Assembly (NCBI GenBank): GCA_963775565.1
Contig: CAVZJP010000001.1
Coordinates: 50,828-114,827, forward strand
Reading direction: 5' to 3'
DNA length: 64,000 nt
Source: an uncultured Gammaproteobacteria bacterium
GTDB lineage: Bacteria; Pseudomonadota; Gammaproteobacteria; Steroidobacterales; Steroidobacteraceae
Shown here: positions 51,296 to 60,898 of the stretch, piece by piece
Layout of the letters: each line of letters starts with the position of its first letter
How positions within the stretch are numbered: position 1 is the stretch's first letter
The notes under the pieces: generated by a model
What the model was told of the DNA's origin: nothing
Databases searched by the model: none
What the model saw: the letters and a program-made list of their open reading frames with translations, nothing else
Position numbers and translations under genes: made by a program

Positions 51296-51423
51296 ATCAC
51301 CGCAGTGTAGCCGCTGGCAGGCGGATTTGCCGACGATATGTAATACCGGTTGAACCGCGTTGCTCCACCGTCGCGTTTTGGCGAAGACCATCACATCAAG
51401 GAGAGTGCCGGTACGGTAGATAT

Positions 51424-53112
51424 ATGGCTTATACGTCGAGTAGCGGATTTATGGAGCAGGGCAAACCCTTAATGGCAACGGATAGTCCGCTTGTCGATTT
51501 CGATGCTGTCTGTCAAAAGGTGCGCGCTGCGGTTGAGCCGAACCGCACCCATGCCGTGTCCTTGCACGATGAGCTCGGCGAAATGCTATGGCTGAGCGAA
51601 AGCTCAATGGGCCCGGACGAGCACAACGCGGTCCGTGAAGCTGCCGAAACGTTTGCCGACCCCAGCAGTGATTCCTTACTCGCCATCGACCTGGGCGATG
51701 CCCGATCCGCGGTGATGATTCGCGCGCTCAACAATCGGCGCGCGATGGTCGGATTGGTGATGATCATCATGGACACCCGCGTCGTCTCTCTGGGCTTGAC
51801 GAAATTATTGACGCCGAAGCTGCAACGGGCGCTGGTTCAATTTGCCGGAATGCGTCCGGACCGCGCGCCGCCACCGGCAAACCCCGAAGCATCGGATTTG
51901 GAGATCGTACTAGCCGAGCCCGCGGTACGACCGGTCACGGCGGCCTCCCCGCCGGCCAAGGTCCCCGCAGCGCCGGCGGCGCGGGCAGCCAGAGCCCCCG
52001 CGGCGCAAGCGCCGATCGGAGTAGGACCAAAAACCATTGCAGCCCAGCTTCAGCAAATCGCCTCGCGCACGCCTGCGCGTCCCGCCAGCCCCCCGGCGCC
52101 CACGCGCCCCGCAACCTATATCAGTCACGTCAGCGCTGCCCGCCCACCGAGTCCCGCCCGCCCCGAAGTACCAGCGCGCGCCGCTCGAGCCGAGCAGGCC
52201 GCACGGCCCGCAAAGGAGCCTCCCGCCCGCCAGGAACCCATCGCGCGACCCGGAAGTCCCGCGCGCGCTCCGATTCAGCCCCGAACCGCCGCTGAATTGG
52301 AACTGTCGTTCGAGTTGGATAAGACACCGTCGAAAGGAGTGCCGCCGGAGATCGATCGTCTGAACGCCGCGCTGCGCAAGAGCCCCATCGCTTTGCACGT
52401 GCAGCGCCTGGTGCCGCTCAGCAAGGGCGGCCAACTTAAACGTTACGAAGTGCTGCTGCGCTCCGGCCCCGAGGCGGCGCAGAACGTCGCGCCGCAAGCC
52501 ATGCTCAAGTCCGCGGTTGAGAACGGCCTCGGCTCAATGATCGACCGGCGGGTCATATCGGAGCTCATCGGTTGGTTGGTGCGTCATCCGGAAATCTGGC
52601 AGGCCAATGAGGTCATGTTTTCCGTCAATCTCACGACCACCGCGCTGCACGATGAACACTTCATCAAATTCATCGAATTGTGCCTGGCCAAATCGTCCTT
52701 GCCGAAGGGAACGATTGCCTTCGAAGTCGACGCGGCGACAGCGCTCAATCTTTCAGACAAAATCAGCGACGTCGCAACGGCATTGCACCGCCTCGGCTGT
52801 CCGCTGATTCTCGATGACTTCAAATTGCGTACGGAATGCTTCGAATTGATGCGCCTGCCGGGAGTCCGCTACGTGAAGCTTGCGCCCGAGATCACCGCGA
52901 AGATGCGCACCGACAAGGTATCCCAAGCCGCCATCACGGGTGTTGTACAGATGGCCCGCGTGCTGGGAATGCACACCTGCGCCAAGCGAACCGAAAGCTC
53001 GGCTGAACAGGAGTGGCTGACCGCTCTCGGCGTCGACTTCGTGCAATCGAATGCCGTTTCGCCGCCGGTCTCGATCGAGACTTTGGTGAAGGCCTCCAAT
53101 TCCAAGATCTAA
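51424..53112 (+). CDS. Protein with unknown N-terminal domain, roughly 170-aa Pro/Ala-rich linker and strongly degenerate EAL domain
   Basis: The EAL-like region has YEVLLR, FSVNLT, AFEVDA and LILDDFKLRTECF. Several canonical EAL-domain motifs are altered. The start is uncertain (51424, 51451 or 51472). Confidence 0.6.
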   Translation: MAYTSSSGFMEQGKPLMATDSPLVDFDAVCQKVRAAVEPNRTHAVSLHDELGEMLWLSESSMGPDEHNAVREAAETFADPSSDSLLAIDLGDARSAVMIRALNNRRAMVGLVMIIMDTRVVSLGLTKLLTPKLQRALVQFAGMRPDRAPPPANPEASDLEIVLAEPAVRPVTAASPPAKVPAAPAARAARAPAAQAPIGVGPKTIAAQLQQIASRTPARPASPPAPTRPATYISHVSAARPPSPARPEVPARAARAEQAARPAKEPPARQEPIARPGSPARAPIQPRTAAELELSFELDKTPSKGVPPEIDRLNAALRKSPIALHVQRLVPLSKGGQLKRYEVLLRSGPEAAQNVAPQAMLKSAVENGLGSMIDRRVISELIGWLVRHPEIWQANEVMFSVNLTTTALHDEHFIKFIELCLAKSSLPKGTIAFEVDAATALNLSDKISDVATALHRLGCPLILDDFKLRTECFELMRLPGVRYVKLAPEITAKMRTDKVSQAAITGVVQMARVLGMHTCAKRTESSAEQEWLTALGVDFVQSNAVSPPVSIETLVKASNSKI

Positions 53113-53131
53113 GCCCGATCCGCGCGACGGG

Positions 53132-54283
53132 TTATCTGGCAACGACCAAATCACCATCGGCCAGTGAATCGGCCGGATTCAAGATGATTTTGTCGTCGGG
53201 CTGAAGCCCGCTCAAGATCGCCACGCTGCTGCCGAAATCCGTCCCCAGGCTCACCGCGGCCAAGCGTACGCGACCGGCCGCATCAACCACTGCGACACGC
53301 GGCCCCGCGGGCCGAAACAGCAGCACATTGGTGGGCACCAGCAAGGCGGTGGCGTCCTGCTTGATCGGCAAGCTGGCTTGGACGTATGCCCCGGCAAGCA
53401 GTGCACCGTGAGGGTTGGGCACCCTGATCTCGACTTGCATGGTCCGGGTGGCAACATCGATGGCGCGCGCCGTGCGGGCGATGGTGCCCTGATATTCCTG
53501 GCCGGCGTGCTCCGGCAGACTGACCGTCGCGGCGTCGCCAATCTTGACCTGCCCCGCATAGACCTGCGGAACGTAAACATATAGACGCAGAGGATCGGTC
53601 TGCGCGATGGTGAACAATGTTTTACCCGCGCCGCCATTGCCCGCATCGACCAAATCACCGACATCAATGCTTCGGCTGGTCACCACGCCGGTGAAAGGCG
53701 CAACGACCTGGTTGAAGTTCTGCAAATTGTGCAATCGCGCGGTGTTCGCCTTGGCCGAGGCGAGATTGGCCTGTGCCTGTTGGTAGGCGCTTAAGCGCTC
53801 ATCCAAATCTTGTTGCGACACCGAATCGCTTTCCCGTAAGGTTTTCCAGCGCTCCGCCGTGCTCTTCGCAAGACTCTCGCCCGCCGCCGCCTGCTGCTGC
53901 GCAGCGATCGCTTGCGACAACTCCTCGTCGATCTCCGGCGCCGCGATGATCGCCAGCAGATCACCCTTCGCGACCTCACTGCCGATGTCCTTGAGCCAGC
54001 GCAGGATGTAGCCGTTGCTGCGCGCATACACCGTGGCTTCGTTGATTCCCTGCAGCGTGCCCGGCAAGGTCAAAGGCAGTCCAGCGGCGTTTGCCTTCGG
54101 GCTGATGGTGGTGACGTATTGTTTGGCATGTATTTCGGTGGAAGCCTGCAGCGCGCGTGCCTGGAAGCTGCGCGCGCCGAGGACGATGATGCCCCCCACG
54201 AGAAGAGCACCGACGATTACGCCCACGATCAGCTTGGCTCGCGACACGGCCGAGACTGGTTGGGCATTGGGCATATCAGACAT
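53132..54283 (-). CDS. RND efflux periplasmic adaptor (membrane fusion protein)
   Basis: The internal start is MSDMPNAQPVSAVSRAKLIVGVIVGALLVGG (TM anchor). Lipoyl/hairpin/beta-barrel pattern is present: VAKGDLLAII ... APFTGVVTSRSIDVGDLV. It overlaps the RND gene stop by 8 nt. Confidence 0.8.
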   Translation of the reverse strand: MSDMPNAQPVSAVSRAKLIVGVIVGALLVGGIIVLGARSFQARALQASTEIHAKQYVTTISPKANAAGLPLTLPGTLQGINEATVYARSNGYILRWLKDIGSEVAKGDLLAIIAAPEIDEELSQAIAAQQQAAAGESLAKSTAERWKTLRESDSVSQQDLDERLSAYQQAQANLASAKANTARLHNLQNFNQVVAPFTGVVTSRSIDVGDLVDAGNGGAGKTLFTIAQTDPLRLYVYVPQVYAGQVKIGDAATVSLPEHAGQEYQGTIARTARAIDVATRTMQVEIRVPNPHGALLAGAYVQASLPIKQDATALLVPTNVLLFRPAGPRVAVVDAAGRVRLAAVSLGTDFGSSVAILSGLQPDDKIILNPADSLADGDLVVAR

Positions 54284-57200
54284 TTCCTTCCGCCAGCGGC
54301 TCGTCGGGGAAGAGCGCGTTCTTGCGCTGTTCGAGTCGCCGATGAATGCCGGCAAAAATGACCGGCACGAAAAATAGCGTGGAGACGGTGGCGAACAGCA
54401 GGCCGCCGATTACCGCGCGACCCAAGGGGGCATTTTGCTCCGCGCCTTCGCCGAGCCCCAATGCCATCGGAATCATGCCGATGATCATCGCCAGGGCGGT
54501 CATCAGGACCGGCCTGATGCGCGTCGCGCCGGCTTCGCGGGCGGCGCTGATGGGATCCAGTCCTTCATTCATGCGCTGCCGGGCAAATGACACGATCAAG
54601 ATGCTATTCGCCGTGGCGACTCCCATGGTCATGATGGCGCCGGTCAGCGCCGGCACGCTCAAAGTGGTGGCGGTCAGAAACAACATCCAACAAATTCCTG
54701 CCAACGCCGCCGGCAGTGCCGTGATGATGATGAACGCGTCGATCCAGGACTGAAAATTCACCACAATCAACAAATACACCATGACGATCGCCATCACCAG
54801 TCCCACTCCCAGTTCGATGAAGGACGTGCGCATGGTCAGCGCCTGACCCCGCAACTGAATGGTGGCGCCGCGCGGGAGCTGTGGCCGCATATCATCGGTG
54901 AGCTTCTTGATCTTGGTGGTAATGCTGCCGAGATCCTTTCCCTGGACGCTGACATAGACATCGGTGGCGGCCGCACCATTGTAGCGGGACGCGACCGCGA
55001 TCTGCGAGGTCGGATTGACGGTCACCAGATTGCTGAGCAATTGGGGTGCGCCCGCCGCGGGCCCCCGAACAGGAGTTTTCAACAGGGAATCGAGACTGTC
55101 GACCGAATATTGCGGAGACTGCGCTGTCAGCGTGTACACGACGCCGTTGGACGGATCCAACCAGAAGGCGGGCGAGGTTTGCGAGGTGCCGGAGGTGGAT
55201 ATCAGCAGGTTCTGGGCCACATCGTTGGCCGTCAATCCCATCCCCTGCAGCTGGGTTCGGTCCATGCGCAATGCCAGGGTCGGCAAATCGAGCCGCTGAT
55301 GAATGTGCGTATCCACCGCCCCGGGGATCTGCTTGATCTGTTTCATGAGTTTCGCGGCGAGCTCGTAGTTGGCGCGCAAATCCGCGCCCGTGAATAGCAC
55401 GTCGATGGCCGCGGGAAGCCCGAAATTCAAAATCTGCGTGACCATGTCCGCCGGCTGGAAGAAGAACTCCACGCCGGGGAAGTGCTGCGGAAGTTCGCGC
55501 CGCATCTGCTCGATGTAGTACTGCGTCGAGCGGTGGCCTTCGTTGAGCGACACCTGTATCTCGCCGTCCAGTGTGCCGAATGTTCCTGCATTGCTGTAAG
55601 TGTTGTTGATGCCGCTGCCGGATACACCGAGGTTGTCGAGTACCGTGCCCAGCTCGCCCTGCGGAACGATCGTGCGAATGACGGCCTCGATCTCATCGGC
55701 CGCCCGCGCGGTCTCCTCGATGCGCGTTCCGGTGGGCATCCGCATATGCATGCGAATCTGCCCGGCGTCGACGCTCGGAAAGAAGTCCCTGCCCAAGATG
55801 AACACCAAAGCACAGGACAGCACGCAAAAACCCAGGAATGAGGCGGCAAACAGGCGCCGCTGCCGGAGCACCGCGGCGAGAATGGCGCTGTACCCGGCCC
55901 GCATCTTTTCGAATTTCTCGTTGAATGCGCGATATATCCGCTGCAACGGGCTTGGCCGCTCATTTGCGTGCGCCGGGGTGTGGTCCATGAGCAGCATGAC
56001 GAGAGTCGGCACCAAGGTGCGCGACAGCAGGTAAGAGGCGAGCATGGCGAATACCACCGCCTCCGCAAGCGGCGCAAACAGAAAGCGCGCGACGCCGGTG
56101 AGAAAGAACATCGGCACGAACACAATGCAAATGCACAGTGTCGATACCAGAGCCGGAATCGCAATTTCCCCGGCGCCGTCCAGTATTGCCTTGTGCAAAT
56201 CCGATCCCATATGAATGTGACGCTCGATATTCTCGATGGTCACGGTGGCATCATCGACCAGGATGCCGACGGCAAGCGCCAGCCCACCCAGGGTCATGAT
56301 GTTCAACGTCTCGCCCACGATGTAAAGCGTGATGATCGAGCAGAGAATCGACAGCGGAATCGACACCGCGATGATGCAGGTGCTGCGCCAGTTACCCAGG
56401 AACACCAGGATCAGCATGGCGGTCAGCAGTGCCGCTATCACTGCCTCGCGCGCGACGCCGTTGATGGCGGCCCTGACGAACTTGGATTGATCGAAAAGCG
56501 GCGTGATCGTCAAATCCTTCGGCAGAATCTGGGCCACGGTCGGCAATTTGGCGAGCAGCGAGCCGACGATCTCGAGGGTCGAGGAACCGCCGTTCTTGAT
56601 GATCGACATCAGCACGCCCCGCTCGCCGTTCTGCCGCACGATGTTGGTCTGCGGCGAGAATCCGTCGCGAACGTGAGCCACCTCGGACAAAAAGGTGGTG
56701 ACGCCATTTTTGGTCGCCACGGGAATGCGATTCAGCCCGGCGATGGTGTCGGGCGAGCCATTCAGGCCGATCGCGTATTCGGTTGCACCGATCTTCACCG
56801 TGCCTGAAGGCAGAATCAGATTCTGCGCACCGATGGCATTCACCACATCGCTCGGCGACAGGCCCTTCGCGAGCAGCGCCGCGGAGTCGAGATCCACCGA
56901 AACCAGCCGTGTTTTTCCGCCATAGGGATAGGGTATGGCGACGCCGGGGATGGTCACGAGTTGCGGCCGCAGGAAATTAAAGGCGGCATCGAACAAAGCA
57001 GGTTCCGTCATCGTGGGACTGGATAGGCCCAGCTGGATGATCGGGACCGAGGAAGCGGAATACTTGATCACCTGGGGCGGCTGCGAACCGGGCGGAAGCT
57101 GGCGCAGCTGCAGCTGCTCGATCGCAACGACCTGGGCGACGGCGACCGGTACGTTCGCGTTGGGCTGAAGGAATACCTTGATCACCGCGAGACCCGCCAG

Positions 57201-57455
57201 GGACTGCGACTCGATGTGTTCAATATCGCTGACCGAGGTGGTCAGGAAGCGTTCATTGTTCGCGGTTATGCGCTGACCCATCTCCTGAGCGGACAAGCCG
57301 CCGTAGGTCCAGATGATGCTGATCACCGGGACATTGATTTCGGGAAAAATGTCGACGGACATCTTCAGCAACACGAGCGGCGTTGCGAGCAGAATCAACA
57401 GCGCCATCACCAGGAATGTGTATGGGCGCCGGAGCGCAACTTGGACGATCCACAT
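54276..57455 (-). CDS. RND-family efflux transporter permease (AcrB/HAE1-like)
   Basis: Intact 1059-aa ORF: MWIVQVALRRPYTFLVMALLILL. It has a 12-TM architecture with two large periplasmic loops. Confidence 0.88.
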   Translation of the reverse strand: MWIVQVALRRPYTFLVMALLILLATPLVLLKMSVDIFPEINVPVISIIWTYGGLSAQEMGQRITANNERFLTTSVSDIEHIESQSLAGLAVIKVFLQPNANVPVAVAQVVAIEQLQLRQLPPGSQPPQVIKYSASSVPIIQLGLSSPTMTEPALFDAAFNFLRPQLVTIPGVAIPYPYGGKTRLVSVDLDSAALLAKGLSPSDVVNAIGAQNLILPSGTVKIGATEYAIGLNGSPDTIAGLNRIPVATKNGVTTFLSEVAHVRDGFSPQTNIVRQNGERGVLMSIIKNGGSSTLEIVGSLLAKLPTVAQILPKDLTITPLFDQSKFVRAAINGVAREAVIAALLTAMLILVFLGNWRSTCIIAVSIPLSILCSIITLYIVGETLNIMTLGGLALAVGILVDDATVTIENIERHIHMGSDLHKAILDGAGEIAIPALVSTLCICIVFVPMFFLTGVARFLFAPLAEAVVFAMLASYLLSRTLVPTLVMLLMDHTPAHANERPSPLQRIYRAFNEKFEKMRAGYSAILAAVLRQRRLFAASFLGFCVLSCALVFILGRDFFPSVDAGQIRMHMRMPTGTRIEETARAADEIEAVIRTIVPQGELGTVLDNLGVSGSGINNTYSNAGTFGTLDGEIQVSLNEGHRSTQYYIEQMRRELPQHFPGVEFFFQPADMVTQILNFGLPAAIDVLFTGADLRANYELAAKLMKQIKQIPGAVDTHIHQRLDLPTLALRMDRTQLQGMGLTANDVAQNLLISTSGTSQTSPAFWLDPSNGVVYTLTAQSPQYSVDSLDSLLKTPVRGPAAGAPQLLSNLVTVNPTSQIAVASRYNGAAATDVYVSVQGKDLGSITTKIKKLTDDMRPQLPRGATIQLRGQALTMRTSFIELGVGLVMAIVMVYLLIVVNFQSWIDAFIIITALPAALAGICWMLFLTATTLSVPALTGAIMTMGVATANSILIVSFARQRMNEGLDPISAAREAGATRIRPVLMTALAMIIGMIPMALGLGEGAEQNAPLGRAVIGGLLFATVSTLFFVPVIFAGIHRRLEQRKNALFPDEPLAEGNV

Positions 57456-57656
57456 TAACTAAATGACCCCTTTGCCCAATGGTTGCCGATGCCGGACGTT
57501 AAATCAACACGCCGTTCGGGCGCACAAGCCGGAGCCCCTTGCAAATCGTTGGAAACAAAGCAAACTACACCAGTCTGCAACGAGACACCGGGACCGGGCT
57601 AAGTGTTTTGTTAGTCCCATGAAGTTCGGTTCCGGATCCCGTTAGAATAAATCACC

Positions 57657-58307
57657 ATGATATTCACCGCACTGATCGTTGCCTGCTTCCTGCTTGGTTT
57701 GTTGATTTTCTTTGCTGCGATCGGCCGCTTGCGGCGCCGGCGCATCATGGGCGGCCTGACGCAGGGTGCAGTTGCACTGATATTGCTCCTGGCGGCCGCT
57801 TGCGCAGGCCTCATCGGCAGCAATTTGCGCAGCTATCAGCGCTTGAACTTCGAACAGGCCGCCGGCGAACTGCAATTCACCAAGGTCGGAGAACGCCAGT
57901 TCAACGCAGACTTGAGCTTCCCGGACGGCGAGCATGCGATTTTCGTCCTGCGCGGAGATGAGTGGCAGGTCGATGCGCGGGTGCTCAAATGGCATGCCTT
58001 TGCCAATCTCCTGGGATTCGACGCAGCCTACCGTCTGGAGCGCATCAGCGGCCGATACACGCGCATTGAAGATGAGCGAAATTTGCCGCGCACGGTCTAC
58101 GAGCTGCATGCTCCCGGCAGCGTCGATCCCTGGGAGCTGATTCACCGCTACCGCTCGTGGGTACCGTGGATGGATGCGCTCTACGGCAGTGCAACTTTTC
58201 TGCCCATGGCGGACGGCGCACTGTATGAAATCAAGGTTTCACAAAGCGGTTTGATCGCGCGGCCGTTGAATCAAGCCGCCCGCGATGCGTCCGGCAACTG
58301 GCACTGA
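57657..58307 (+). CDS. Hypothetical inner-membrane protein
   Basis: The 216-aa ORF has two N-terminal hydrophobic segments (MIFTALIVACFLLGLLIFFAA, GAVALILLLAAACAGLIG). I recognise no family. Confidence 0.45.
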   Translation: MIFTALIVACFLLGLLIFFAAIGRLRRRRIMGGLTQGAVALILLLAAACAGLIGSNLRSYQRLNFEQAAGELQFTKVGERQFNADLSFPDGEHAIFVLRGDEWQVDARVLKWHAFANLLGFDAAYRLERISGRYTRIEDERNLPRTVYELHAPGSVDPWELIHRYRSWVPWMDALYGSATFLPMADGALYEIKVSQSGLIARPLNQAARDASGNWH

Positions 58308-58317
58308 AGCGACGCTC

Positions 58318-60069
58318 ATGAAACGATTGACGCTACTCGAAAAGATCCTTGCCGGCGTCCTGGGATTGCTGCTGATCTTAGGCAGCGTGGCCTGGTGGAA
58401 AACACGGCCGCCCACGCTCGCGGCGCGCAAGCAGGCCGTGGAGGCCATCACGACCACCGATCTGGTGGACCAAAGCACCTACGCGACCGCACAGAGGCTG
58501 GCGCGGCTGGCGCTCACGCCCGAGGAGCAGGCGCTGGCGCAATCCGCGTTGCGCATTGCGGATCATGAACTCGACCTGGCGTTCTCAGAAGCGCTGATCG
58601 ATACGGAAGCCCATCCGCCGGTCTTGAATTCAGATGCGCAGGCGATCCAAGCTCGCATCGTCAAGTCGCAGTCATCGCTGGGTACCGATCAGCAGCGGGT
58701 CAGCGATCTGACCGCTGCGGTCGCCCAGGCCAAGCCCGCGCAGAAAGACGACCTCCAGAACCAATTGGATGTTGCCCAGTCCCAATTGGAATTGGATAAG
58801 GACGAGCTGGATCAGGCCAATCAGGATTTGGCGGATGCGGGCGGCAACCCGCGGCAGCAGATTGAGTCGATGATGCAGGAGCATGACGCGCAATCAAAAG
58901 CGCGTGCCTCATCGGCCGCCGCAAAGGCGGTGCCGGTCGATACCGCAGGCGGAGCCGTAGCGAGGATTCGTGGCTGGAGAGAGCTCTGGCAGAAACGGCA
59001 GGAAATCGAGGATGGCAGAGCGGGCGCGCACGAGAAGGCCGACGCTCTTCGGCAGAAACGTGCGGCACTGGCGGCGAGCCTCGAAACCGCCAAGAGCCAG
59101 ACTTCGAATCCCGCCCCGCAGCAGCAGCAAACAAAATCCATCGCGGCGGATCAGAAGATACTGACTCAGCTCGATAAGCGAATCACGGATCAACGTAAGC
59201 TGTCGCACATCTACCGCGAGTGGATCTTGTTGGCGGAACTCGATTCGAGAAATCTGGCGCACGGCATTCTGCTCGATGCACTGATCGTCATCCTGGTATT
59301 GATCGCCTTGATATTGCTCGATGGCTGGCTGCAGCGCTTGCTCGAGCGCCCGACGCTCGATCGCAGGCAGGTCGAAACGCTTCGCAGCCTTACCCGCGTG
59401 AGTCTTCGCGTCGTTGGCTTTCTGATCATATTGTTGATCGTCATCGGCATCCCCAGTCAATTTGCCACCACCATCGGCATAGTTGGCGCGGGCCTGACGG
59501 TGGCTCTGAAGGATTTCATTGTCGCCTTCTTCGGCTGGTTGGTGCTCATGGGCCGCAACGGCATCCGGATCGGCGATTGGGTGGAAATCAACGGCGTCAG
59601 CGGCGAGGTCACCGAGCTCGGCATGTTTCATACCGTGATGCTGGAGACCGGAAACTGGAGCGACACCGGACACCCGACGGGCCGACGGGTAACCTTTACC
59701 AATAGTTTTGCAATTGAAGGACACTACTTCAATTTTTCCACCTCCGGCCAGTGGCTATGGGACCAGCTGCAGGTGGTGGTGCCCATCGGGCGCGACCCCT
59801 ACCCCATCGTGGAAGCCATCACCAAGCAGGTGGTCGAGGTCACGGGCGAGAGCGCGCGTCAGGCAGAGAGCGAATGGCAAAAGGCCGTCCCCGGGCAGCG
59901 CACCAAGGTGTTTTCCGGCACGCCGGGCATCAACGTGAAACCCGTGGTGGGCGGGGTGGAGATCGCGATCCGCTATATCACGCGTGCCAACGAACGCTAC
60001 CAACTGCGCGCCAAACTCTATCAGGCGGCGGTGGATATTCTGGGAGAGAAACCGGCAAGCGTCGGCTAA
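58318..60069 (+). CDS. MscS-family mechanosensitive channel with long N-terminal coiled-coil/Gln-rich domain
   Basis: The internal start is MKRLTLLEKILAGVLGLLLILG. The MscS core reads GIVGAGLTVALKDFIVAFFGWLVLMGRNGIRIGDWVEINGVSGEVTELGMFHTVM. Confidence 0.75.
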   Translation: MKRLTLLEKILAGVLGLLLILGSVAWWKTRPPTLAARKQAVEAITTTDLVDQSTYATAQRLARLALTPEEQALAQSALRIADHELDLAFSEALIDTEAHPPVLNSDAQAIQARIVKSQSSLGTDQQRVSDLTAAVAQAKPAQKDDLQNQLDVAQSQLELDKDELDQANQDLADAGGNPRQQIESMMQEHDAQSKARASSAAAKAVPVDTAGGAVARIRGWRELWQKRQEIEDGRAGAHEKADALRQKRAALAASLETAKSQTSNPAPQQQQTKSIAADQKILTQLDKRITDQRKLSHIYREWILLAELDSRNLAHGILLDALIVILVLIALILLDGWLQRLLERPTLDRRQVETLRSLTRVSLRVVGFLIILLIVIGIPSQFATTIGIVGAGLTVALKDFIVAFFGWLVLMGRNGIRIGDWVEINGVSGEVTELGMFHTVMLETGNWSDTGHPTGRRVTFTNSFAIEGHYFNFSTSGQWLWDQLQVVVPIGRDPYPIVEAITKQVVEVTGESARQAESEWQKAVPGQRTKVFSGTPGINVKPVVGGVEIAIRYITRANERYQLRAKLYQAAVDILGEKPASVG

Positions 60070-60085
60070 CTTGGGGAGAAATGGG

Positions 60086-60559
60086 ATGCGGCTTCTGATC
60101 GATTGGCTGATCGCCTGGCCTGAACGGGTAGCTCAACATCTTGTGTGGCTGGCGCCGCTGTTCGCCAGGATCACGGTGGGCTGGGTGTTTCTCCTCAGCG
60201 GCTGGGGCAAGCTCAATAACCTGCCGCAAGTGACAGAGAATTTCATCGGGTGGGGCATTCCATTCCCACATTTTTTTACGCCGCTCACCTCGGGTATCGA
60301 ATTTTTTGGCGGTCTGTTCCTGCTCCTGGGACTGCTCACCCGCATCTCCGCCGGCGCGCTGGGCGTCACGATGATCGTGGCCATCAAGGCGGCAAAATGG
60401 GCTGACGTCGACTCGCTTGAGACGCTGCTCGGATTCGACGAATTCGAATATCTCGCGCTGTTTCTGTGGCTCGCGATAGCGGGTGCGGGTTCGGTTTCGC
60501 TGGATCATCTGTTGATGCGAAAGGCGCGGCCTGCGAAAGCTTCCGGTCCTCCGCTATAA
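60086..60559 (+). CDS. DoxX-family membrane protein
   Basis: The internal start is MRLLIDWLIAWPERV. Further sequence reads ARITVGWVFLLSGWGKL ... GIEFFGGLFLLLGLLTRISA. Confidence 0.7.
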   Translation: MRLLIDWLIAWPERVAQHLVWLAPLFARITVGWVFLLSGWGKLNNLPQVTENFIGWGIPFPHFFTPLTSGIEFFGGLFLLLGLLTRISAGALGVTMIVAIKAAKWADVDSLETLLGFDEFEYLALFLWLAIAGAGSVSLDHLLMRKARPAKASGPPL

Positions 60560-60560
60560 T
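60555..60560 (+). promoter_or_regulatory. Consensus -10 hexamer TATAAT upstream of tRNA-Thr
   Basis: A perfect TATAAT lies 14 nt before the mature tRNA 5' end and is followed by a GC-rich discriminator-like ACGCGCTGCTCCGC. No good -35 hexamer is found at 16-18 nt spacing. It overlaps the DoxX stop codon. Confidence 0.35.
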
Positions 60561-60574
60561 ACGCGCTGCTCCGC

Positions 60575-60646
60575 GCCGGCTTAGCACAGTGGTAGTGCAA
60601 CGGTTTTGTAAACCGTAGGTCGGGGGTTCGAATCCCTCAGCCGGCA
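60575..60646 (+). tRNA. tRNA-Thr (anticodon UGU)
   Basis: I folded a cloverleaf by hand. Acceptor: GCCGGCT/AGCCGGC. D stem: GCAC/GTGC. Anticodon stem: ACGGT/ACCGT with loop TT-TGT-AA. T arm: GGGGG-TTCGAAT-CCCTC. Discriminator: A. CCA is not encoded. Confidence 0.9.
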
Positions 60647-60898
60647 AACCTCCTTAAAAATTTTCAACAACGTCGCGAAGTCTCTGCCGCATGGCGGCGG
60701 CAATTCGAACCCCCGACGGACAAAAAGAGGGTTCGACAACGTCGCGCAGCGACGTTGAACGCCGGCGTCTTCGACGGCGGCCCCGAAGGGGCGAGGCGCG
60801 CAGCGCCGCCCTCGGCTTCGCGGGATATCAGCCGCTGATTCGCGCCTATATCGGCTCTCCTGGCGTGCCCGTTCGGGGTCACTCGCCACCCCGGGTGG

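Noticed and set aside
51296-51423. preQ1 riboswitch in the yhhQ leader
   Set aside because: Read in the minus-strand orientation, the leader has only a 4-bp CGCG/CGCG stem. It lacks the A-rich tail and pseudoknot pattern of preQ1-I/II/III. I could not fold a convincing aptamer.
57463-57645. 60-aa ORF in the RND / membrane-protein divergent region
   Set aside because: It has no RBS, a basic low-complexity translation and no homology signal. It is more likely promoter and 5'-UTR DNA.
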